Of a DNA stretch of 64,000 nt, positions 54,922 to 64,000 are shown in pieces. A model generated the notes under the pieces. It saw nothing but the letters and a program-made list of their open reading frames with translations. It was not told where the DNA came from and did no database searches. The first letter of the stretch is position 1; each line of letters starts with the position of its first letter. Source of the DNA: Octopus sinensis (taxonomy: Eukaryota). The stretch covers positions 141,794,001-141,858,000 of the forward strand of contig NC_042999.1 of assembly GCF_006345805.1 (NCBI RefSeq), written 5' to 3'. The translations under genes were made by a program, and so were the position numbers.

Positions 54922-56513
54922 TAATGCTGTCATCATCTGTTTGAGCTTGCTTGGATTTGCCTAACCTAATCACACCACTCATGATCTTGCATAGACACTC
55001 AAGAGGTTAGCTGGACAAAATCCTGTCCAAACAGAGCTGGACAATGGTTTGTACTGATTGGTTGACCTGAGTATATTTATATGGGGTGTGCGTAGGAGGG
55101 TATTACAGAATAAAATTTGCTTATTGTTGAGAGGGGGTGGTAAGGGAAAGACTATTATGGAAAGGGAAAAAGTAGTGTCAAGGGGAATAGTGAGTGACAT
55201 TTATAGTGATAGGATGATGGGGAGGGTTGAGTAGGAGAAAATGCAATGCTACTTCACCTTATACTCAAGTGAATAAAGTGGAGTGTAAAAGAAAGATAAG
55301 ATGGAAGGAGGTTATAAAAGAGAAGGAAAAGCAGTTCCAAGGTATTAATGAGAGAGTGATAAGTGTGATTGGGTGGGTTGAGTATGAGGTGATGCAGTGC
55401 TACCCCACATATGTAGGTGGGTGGTGTGTAGAAGAGATATGAAAAGTCAGTATATCCTCAAGGGAACATGTCCAAGAGAATGTGGTGATAGATTGAGGGA
55501 GGGGAGAGAGATTGCCCGCATGCTCTCCTATCAAGCATCATGATTTGGGAAGACATAGGAAGGTGAGGTTGCAGGATATAGGTGTCGGGCGGGAGAGATA
55601 TATTCTATATGCACAAACCGAGTATTTGCCTTCAATGAGAGGAAGGCTCGTATGATGGGTAGAAGAGATGAGTGCATAGAATAGGCATTTGTAAGGGGTG
55701 GGGATAAGAATGCTTACCCAATATAATAGGCAAGGTGAATTTTTACTATTACACTCGTCTCGTGGGACGAGTATAAACTTTGATTTATGGACTTTTGGAA
55801 TAACTATCTCTCCCTCATGGGGAAGGAAAAGTTTAAGGAAGTGTGTATGTGGGGGGGGGGGGCTTTTGTGAAAGCATTTGTCGTCCCAAAAAAAAATCAA
55901 TTTTTTTTTCACATTTTTATTTCTGTGCCTTTTCCCGGCAAACTTGTGAGACGGGTGTAACAGTAAAATAATATACCCTCTTTAATTACGTATACATTTA
56001 CATGTAGCAAGCAATTATTATTATTATTCACTGCAATACTATGCATTCTGTCCTGCTCGCAAGCGGAAACTTATGTAAATTGTTAAAACAGCTTCCATTA
56101 CCCATCTGTGACTCACGTATATGTTTGTCCATACTTTGTACTGATCCCAACTGACAGCATGTAATGTGCGGACAGGTGTGTATGTAATTATGCTGTTGAC
56201 AAGTTTCTTATCCTGGTTGCTAGCCTGGTCAAATAAATAACTTCACCCGCCTTAAAATAACCGATGTTCTTCTTACTTTCAAACGCCCCAGTCACCTTCT
56301 TTCTTGCCGTCCACTACTTTATCGCAACATCTAGGATGGGAGAGGTGGGTGGATATTGATTACTTGTTATATAATGACGAAACTTGTTGGTTTGACCCTC
56401 ATTTATTTAAAAATAAACACTAAAATCCGCCCCCGACCAAAGGGAAAAAACAACAGCTAGATTTTACCAACTTAACCCTGTGGTTTAAGGGAGAATAACT
56501 CACGTAAAATATT

Positions 56514-56905
56514 CTTTTCTACTCTAGGCACAAGGCCCGAAATTTTGGGGGAGCCAGTCGATCAGATCGACCTCAGCACGCAACTAGTATTTAATTTACC
56601 GACCCCGAAAGATGATAGGCAAAGTCGACCTCGGTGGAATTTGAACTCAGAAGTAAAGACAAACAAAATACCTATTTCTTTACTACCCACAAGGGTCTAA
56701 ACACAGAGGGGATAAACAAGGACAGACAAACGGATTAAGTCGATTACATCGACTCAGTGAGTAACTGGTACTTAATTTATCGACCCCGAAAGAATGAAAG
56801 GCAAAGTTGACCTCGGCGGAATTTGAACTCAGAACGTAACGGCAGACGAAATAGGACAACGCATTTCGCCCGGCGTGCTAACGTTTCTGCCAGCTCACTG
56901 CCTTA
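56514..56905 (-). mobile_element. Young tRNA-derived SINE with internal duplication
   Basis: 5' ggcagtgagctggcagaaacgttagc, B-box-like gagttcaaattcc twice; 17-bp TSD aactcacgtaaaatatt at 56497-56513 and 56906-56922; CpGs intact. Confidence 0.88.
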
Positions 56906-57239
56906 AACTCACGTAAAATATTGCCCATAACTTCGTGAAAATGTTTTCGTTTGGAAGATTAATTTAAATACAAGTTTTAAACATTACTGACAACAGTACA
57001 CATAGAAATATCACCAGTAGCAACGACAACAGACACAACCAAAGAGATAATAACCAGAGAAATGATAGGATAGAAAGTAGTACAACAGGTATGATACTAA
57101 CCCTTTTCATACCCTATTCATCAATCCACGTGATAAATCATACAATATGTGTTGTATTTATCCGACAACCCTACCCTTCAACAAAAGAGTTTGCATCCCT
57201 CAACAGACAAATGACGAAATAGAAAGGATGCTTTACCAT

Positions 57240-58550
57240 AGCCAGTGCTAAGCTAAAGACAAACTTTAGAACAATATGCTAGTAGACGGAGTGGTAGTGA
57301 GGCACAGTAACTCAACAAGAAGTTCGCAAGTAGCCTGTATAAGCTCATACAGTGCACAAAAATTAGGGAAGTAGAGTGCTTCCCCACGGACAAGACCGGT
57401 AGGAGTGGCTGTGTGGTAAGTAACTTGCCTACCAACAATATGGTTCTGGGTTCAGTCCCACTGCATGGAACTTTGGGCAAGTGTCTTCTACTATAGCTTG
57501 AGCTGATCAAAGCCTTGTGAGTGGATTTGGTAGACGGAAACTGAAAGAAGTCTGTCGTATATATATATATATATATATATGTATATGTTTCTGTGTCCAT
57601 CCCGCCAGCATCGCTTGACAATCGATGTTGGTATGTTTACGTCCCCGTAACTTAGCAGTTCGGCAAAAGAGACTGATAGAATAAGTACTAGGCTTAGAAA
57701 GAATAAGCCCTGGGGTTGATTCGTTCAACTAAAGGTGGTGCTCCAGCATAGCTGCAGTCAGATGACTGAAACAAATGAAAGAAAGAGTAAAAGAAAGACA
57801 TCCTGCTGAACTACATCCAAGCAACGCAACCCCACATCACCACAGAAGTATGAGGAGAGAGAGAAGATCCTCAATGCTCACAATAATGACATCCCCACAC
57901 TGTATGGGCTCTGCAAGGACCATAAGGCAACCACTGACCGAGTAACAGGACCACCAACAAGACCAGTCTGCAGAGCCAATGTTGTCAACAACTACCAGAT
58001 CTCCTACTTCCTCTCTGTGATCATATGCCTTCTGATCGAAATGTCCCCGGATGTGTGTGGCAGCACAGAGGACCTCCCCAGCAGAATCAATGACTGCAAC
58101 CATGCCTATAACCTGAAGGGATGCATAATATGCAGTATGGACGTAGTATCCTTATACCCATCCATTGATGTTGATTTTGTTGTGGAGAAATGTGTGGAGG
58201 TGATCAGTGAGAGTGATGTGGAGTTTCATGGTGTTGACACTGAGATTGACATGTGACAATGGTTACTTAGATACACTAGATCGGTAAGAGGTAGATCCAC
58301 CCCCTACTATAATTTCTATGGCCAGGAAGACACCTAGAGGGAGATGGATCTGGTGGACCAGAGCTATATAGACCCTCGAAAACGATGATCAGGTTAAAAA
58401 GACGGTCGCACATATGATGGGTGTGAGTACTAAGATCACAAGCATTTTATAGTTGGGATACCCAGCACTACCAAGAGGAAGGTATAGCCATCAGTGTCAG
58501 TATTGCTGGCGATGTGGCTAACCTATTTATGGTATTGTGGGATAGGAGAT
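57240..58550 (+). mobile_element. Penelope-like element RT remnant, interrupted by a SINE
   Basis: PTDK, PTLYGLCKDHK...PPTRPV, SMDVVSLYPSI and GIAI...ANLFM motifs with stops and frameshifts. Confidence 0.75.
57398..57797 (+). mobile_element. tRNA-derived SINE (second family) with internal (TA)n
   Basis: aggagtggctgtgtggtaag...gggttcagtcccactg...ggtggtgctccagcat...gactgaaaca. Confidence 0.85.
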
Positions 58551-58715
58551 TGTCGTTGTTGTTTAATGTCCACTTTCCATGCTGGCATGGGTTGGACGGT
58601 TTGACTGGGGGCTAGCGAGCCAGAAGGGCTTGTTATGCTGCAATGGCATAGGCCACAGTTACGGTCTCACTTGGTTTGCATATCACCAACTGTCTTGGTC
58701 ACTTGTCACAGCATT
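58551..58715 (-). mobile_element. RTE 3'-end fragment abutting the Penelope-like remnant
   Basis: gtttaatgtccactttccatgctggcatgggttggacgg. Confidence 0.7.
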
Positions 58716-59891
58716 ATTGGAACCCAATGTATGTAGAACTGCATTCCTAGCGAAAATAGTTCTCCAAACATTGACCAGTCATTAATCCTGATGACTTCTG
58801 GCCAACCAGAAAATGCATTAACAAATCAACATAAGTACATAACCATTTGTGTACACATGATCATTGCTTTTCTTCAATTGACCAAGTATGCTCAGTAACT
58901 TTTGGTATGGGTTAAATTTGACATTTAGAGCAGTTTCAAACAATTTTCAACATCATTACAATATCCAGAACACCAGGCTTCTAGCCACAGTCTACTTGTA
59001 GTAGTTATAGGCTCCACAATGATCATCTTTGTGTACAGCTTTTCTGAAAATTTGTCGCAACACCACAGGAACAATAGCCTTGTGTCTTCATCTAATCAAT
59101 TGATTTTGAATAGATGAAAGCCAAAATTTACCTGGTTCAATTTGTAATTAGGGTCCAGAAGGATACCAACTACTGTAAAATATTTTAGTTCAGATTCTTC
59201 CGTCTCCACTAATAGAAATATTAATTATTTATGTTAGTAAAAAAAGCTACAAATGAATCAACCAGGATATGACTAGTATGTATTTTATCAATCTCAGACA
59301 AATTCAGCAGAATTTGAATAGAGACATAACTAAATGCAGCAGTCTACTGTTTCTGCTACTCTAGCATTTTGGAATAAGAAGATATGCTCTTGGGATGAAG
59401 CATGAAAAAATCTTAGTTAATCCTAAATTAACATTAAAACAATTTCTGCAGCAAGAAGCAAATTTCATACTATCCAAGATTCAAAGCAAATAATTTTCTT
59501 AATACTTCATTAATTTCTTTGATAATTTACAAATAAAACTTTATCTTCAACTCTAATGGTATACGTGAAACTATTCTTTCCTTTTAGTGTATATAAAACT
59601 GTATTATTTGAAGTAAAATAATTAAATATTTCGTATTTGGATTTGGTTTGCATGATTCTTTATGTGAGTTCATGTGTTAAAGCATATTCTCTTGTGTCTG
59701 GAGAGAGAAGGTTGCAAGACATAACAAAAAGTTTTAGAAAAATAAATGAGTGGAAATTTTACTGGTGAGTGTGTTAAATTATAAGGCACTAAAAGAGAAT
59801 GACTCTTCCCAGACACAACAGAATTAACAATTAACTCTACTAATTTGCCGTTGTTATCATCATCATCGTAATTTGTCGTTTTATATTTTAG

Positions 59892-59961
59892 ATAAAAAAA
59901 GTCTGGGAAAAAGTGGTCCCATCCCAAGCTATATACAGCAACTACCTTCTGGATAGTCATC
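59892..59961 (+). other. Exon-like module (IKKVWEKVVPSQAIYSNYLLDSH), gene assignment uncertain
   Basis: tatattttag acceptor, C|gtaagt donor. Open only in phase 0, which matches the phase-0 donor at 50236. Confidence 0.35.
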
Positions 59962-60355
59962 GTAAGTATTATAAAATATTTATTTCATTCTATACATGTT
60001 ACACGTGCTCATTTTTATAGTTTGGCAATCTTTGTCACTTTATTCAAAGTAATAAAAAATAGAGACATAAGTGATTTTGATTAAAATTTTACTAACAACA
60101 AATTCATGAGCTTAAAATATTATATATCCATTGTATTATGTCCCAGGATTAGTTATATCACTAGAAGACTTTACTGAGCTGAAAACTAAATGGTATAGTT
60201 GTATGGTCAATGGTTGGAAAGCCATTGAAATAGTTGCATAAGTATTATTCAATATTTTTTGTTTCTAATACATACATTTTATAACAAGCTAGCAGTGTAA
60301 AGGTCTGTAAAGTAGTCTTTTACAATAATTGTGTTTTGCTACCTCTGTTTGTCAG

Positions 60356-60547
60356 ACTCATTATATCCATCCAACCAACTCACCAAAGGATACACTTTTT
60401 GTCACATATGTTTACATGGTTCATAGCTTTAAATATCCACTTCAGTGTATGCGAAATTAATGAAGCTGTGGGATTCAAATTTTGGGAGGGAGTAAAAATA
60501 ATTTTATTTTTAATTGCTTTTCTTTTACAATTTATTGGAGTATGCAG
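60356..60547 (+). other. Exon-like module; one frame is hydrophobic (two TM-like stretches), another is terminal (HSLYPSNQLTKGYTFCHICLHGS*)
   Basis: ctctgtttgtcag acceptor, CAG|gtaatc donor. Reading frame ambiguous. Confidence 0.25.
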
Positions 60548-60757
60548 GTAATCTGTCTTAAGCATGCTATGAACTACTTGTTTTAGGACAAACAAAAACA
60601 ATAGAAACACATTGGTACAGATATGGTTCATAGCAACATGATTTTTTCAGCTATAATACTTAATAGTATTTGAATACATTTGAAACTACTATTTAATGAA
60701 AAACTTTTTTGTTTTTATGTAACCTTTTGGTAATATTGAGTCAGATATTTCTTCCAG

Positions 60758-60772
60758 TTACAGAATGGAGGG
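60758..60772 (+). other. Candidate 15-nt microexon
   Basis: tttcttccag|ttacagaatggaggg|gtaagc: strong splice signals on both sides. Confidence 0.25.
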
Positions 60773-61760
60773 GTAAGCACGTTTCATTCTTCTGATCCAT
60801 ACCTATTATACTTCCATGTTCTCATTGAGAGCAGGATTTTTTTCACTTTGCTGTGAAAAAATATCAAATGAAAAGGACTTACAGAAACACTGATATCGGT
60901 ATTAAGTTGTCTAATATCTAATTAATGCAGTGAAATCCTATTCTAATGAGCTATAACTTATATACTAGATTCTTCCAATCATTAAATAGAAAGTGAAAGA
61001 AAAACTTATTTTTCTTTGTATCTATTGAGTGCTCTTCTCAATTCAATCTATTTTCTATGATCTTTTAAAATTGGGTAACACAAAGAACTTCACAGACTAT
61101 TGCTACAAGATATTTTCATGACTGCATAAGTAAATTAATGTGGCCAAAATTTGTAAGTGTAGAAAAAATTTGGGGGAATATTTAGATTGTAATAGGTCTT
61201 CCAGTCTTAACAGGTCACAAACTATAATGCATGAAGTTAGCAATTATGCAAATATCACTTTGAGAGGATTTAATTAATTTTATGTTGGGTGTGTAAGAAA
61301 AATCCAAAAGCTAGCTTGGTTATAGATGAGCTGAAAATATATATGAGAAAAAACAAACAGATTTGATATCTGAAGCATTAATCATCATTTTAGCTTCTAT
61401 TTAACATATTTTTTATGTCATCTCCGTGAGGTTTAACTTTTTCAAGTTCTTGCTTAGATTTTTCTTGGGTCGATACCTTCTACCATCAACTTATGGCACT
61501 TCAGATAAATTACATTGTTCAGATCATAAATCAACCTGAACTTTGGCCAGGGGACTATTTACCACCATTGTCAGCTACAATAACACTTGTATCATTACTG
61601 CCACCACCACCACCCTACTATCATTCATATTACCCCTGATCAAGAGAACCATTATCCAGTCACTCATCCTGCTAAAAATAGTTGTCATATCTCCCTCAAA
61701 TTGCACCTTATCATCTATAATAATAAAAGCAAACTCCTGTGTCCATCTTGGACCCCTGTA

Positions 61761-61814
61761 TCTACATTTGCTGTATGTACAGCAAATGTAGACCCTGCCT
61801 ACATTTGCTGTACA
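61761..61814. repeat. Perfect 15-bp palindrome with a third direct copy
   Basis: tctacatttgctgta-tg-tacagcaaatgtaga, then ctacatttgctgtaca at 61799-61814. Confidence 0.9.
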
Positions 61815-62198
61815 TACAAATATTATACCTTTTTGAGGTTAATGTTGACATTATTACCTGGAAACGAAATCGAAAAAAAAAATAATGCAATGGGTGTAAA
61901 AAAACAAAGATGTAGAAAACGAATATGGAAACAAAAATGCACGGAAAGCAACAAGGGGGTGGGGAGAGAACTTCAGAAAATTCACAAGATCTGAATTTTT
62001 CCCTCATAACTTTTAGGAAAATGGGTTTTTTTTAAAATGAAATTTTATATAAATACCTTTCAAACGGCAAAATGCAATTAACAATATGAACAAATTACCT
62101 TCAAGTCTATGATGCAATACCGCATAAAAATTCAATGCGCACGGTTTATGTCGCAGGGATACTCCAAGTAATTTATCATTAACAACAAGGTGAAACAT

Positions 62199-62923
62199 TT
62201 TCAGATCTTTTCGGTTTGAACGTCAGTTTTTTAAAATAATTTCTATGTAACTAAAAAATTTTAAACTTCGTATACTGGTAGAATGTGTTTATAAAACATC
62301 TTTTTCTCTTGGCTTTCTTGAGAAAATTCTATAGTTTGCAAGATATTTGGTCTTTAATTTCTTGCATTTCGGCAATTTCAACCAATCAATGACGTTTATT
62401 GAGGTGAAAACTATTTCTGTCGTAACATTTTATGGTAGCGTCATATGAAAATGTCCCTGTTTTTTATGAGAAAAAAAGATACCCTGTGGCCATGAACTGA
62501 AGAGTCACTCGTAAACAGAGCTGGATAACAAAACCGTTCCCTCTTTAGTGTCCACCCATAGTTATGACCCTAGTATCGATCTATTGCATTTCAATCTGTT
62601 TTAGGGTTAGGGGTGGGGGGAAGGATATCTATTTTTTTCTTCAGAAATGTAAATAAACCCAATCTGTTTCTTAAACGAGGGACATTTTCATATTTCACCG
62701 CCAGAACATTTTACGGCAGATGTTTTCACCTCAATAGACGTCATTGATTGGTTGAAATTACCAAAACTGAAGAAAATATCTTACAAATTACAGAATTTTC
62801 TCAAGAAAGCCAAGAGAAAAAGATATTTTATAAACACATTCTACCAGTATAAGAAGTTTAAAAGTGTTTAGTTACGTAGAAATTATTTTAAAAAAATACC
62901 GTTCAAACCGAAAAGATCCGGAA
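62199..62923. mobile_element. Foldback / long inverted-repeat element
   Basis: 62199-62411 is the reverse complement of 62722-62923; pairing continues inward (tatgaaaatgtccct 62444-62458 with 62678-62692). Confidence 0.85.
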
Positions 62924-63063
62924 TATCTTTTATCGGCGTAGATACAAAAATTCAATTCGAAAATAACTGCTCAGTAAAGTGGCAATCCAAGATAAAGCTC
63001 TGAAACTTGGGGTGCCTGGAAATGACAAACTTTTCAAAACAAGCATTTCATAGTTGGGATACC

Positions 63064-63423
63064 CAGCGCTGGATTAACCACGAAGCTTAGGGGGTACCAC
63101 AGAAATGGTAAATGGTTTACGGCACAAAAGAAATCACTTTAAACTTGCTGAAATAATATTCGGAATGCCTTTATCTCTAAGTATAGATGCTGATGTGTTA
63201 CCTAAGATTAATTTTGAGGATGTAGGAGAAAACTTTTCAAATATAAATAAAGTAAAACTATACAAAAATAAACATTTTCCCTCTTACTGTTTTATTTCGT
63301 TTCGAAAAATAAAAAATTATTTTATGGTTTGTTATTGTTTATATTTTGAATTACATAAGTTTTTATGAGGGCACCAAAATCTTTTAAGTGCTTAGGGCCT
63401 CGATAGGTCTTAATCCAGTTCTG
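63064..63423. mobile_element. hAT-type MITE, 360 bp
   Basis: TIRs cagcgctggattaa / ttaatccagttctg (12/14); perfect 8-bp TSD GGGATACC at 63056-63063 and 63424-63431. Confidence 0.88.
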
Positions 63424-64000
63424 GGGATACCTCGTTTCTTTTCTTTCTTCTAATGAAATTAAAATCTAAGGTGTTCGAGCATTTTAGGCAGAATAAAAAT
63501 ATTTATTATTTTCAAATTAAGGGTGAGGAAAATGTACGAGTGCAAAAGAATACCTTCCATAACTTATTAAGCAACACAAGAAAATTCACATTTTCTTTTA
63601 CAAAACACCAGACTTCTTGGTGTTTTAATTATGTATTATTACTTTAGAATTACAATGAATTTTAAACAGTTGGCATTCCGAAAATGTTTGTGCAAATGAT
63701 TTGGCTTCTATGAATAGCTTTTCAATAAGAAATTATAGGCCCTCATGTTGAGTCGTACAGAAAAGAGAAGTAGGTTCAATATCGAAACTCGAACCCCGTA
63801 TCTAACACTTGTCAGACAGCCGTGTGTAACCTATTCATCAACAGAATGCCTGTAATGCAATCGATAACGCGGTTGGGTTAATTCCTGGTTTTTGCCTCAA
63901 TTTTGTTTCTTCTATCTCATATCATTTTGCGTTATACATCTTAGCAGGTAAATTTTCGAAGATTAAAAATGACAATTGTAAACTTCAGAGCTCTTTTTTC

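Noticed and set aside
55000-55912. Purine-rich tract with a 124-aa minus-strand ORF
   Set aside because: No recognisable domain; probably a decayed repeat.
56820-56905. tRNA gene
   Set aside because: A/B-box-like motifs belong to a tRNA-derived SINE head; no cloverleaf evident.
59670-59960. Minus-strand 96-aa ORF with DHFFPDFFYLKYK, reminiscent of the DHFR DTFFPE...KYK motif
   Set aside because: No other DHFR motifs, the Asp run comes from an (ATC)n repeat, and it lies antisense to + strand exon-like modules.
62601-62612. Interstitial telomere TTAGGGTTAGGG
   Set aside because: Only two units, inside a repeat element.

Overview
AT-rich animal genomic DNA. It is most likely from an octopus or other cephalopod, inferred from the (GAT)n-tailed RTE LINE family, tRNA-derived SINEs and TA microsatellites. 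The left half holds most of a + strand Ras gene; its first coding exon lies upstream of the window. The visible exons are two tandem 85-nt paralogous exons for residues 37-65 (562-646 and 702-786, 55 nt apart), then 21491-21593, 22864-22903, 30426-30586 and a terminal polybasic-CVLL exon at 34398-34457. The two 85-nt exons look like conserved mutually exclusive exons: one encodes a canonical effector region and the other a Y40H/G48S variant. This is the main finding. At 49723-50235 there is a coding exon for a divergent CG-1 (CAMTA-type) DNA-binding-like domain, in a CpG-richer region; its downstream exons are unresolved. The rest is transposon debris: RTE, CR1/L2-like, I/Jockey-like and Penelope-like retroelements, three mariners, piggyBac- and hAT-type MITEs, a foldback element, SINEs and microsatellites. 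I found no rRNA, tRNA or CRISPR feature. All homology calls come from motif recognition by eye, not database searches.
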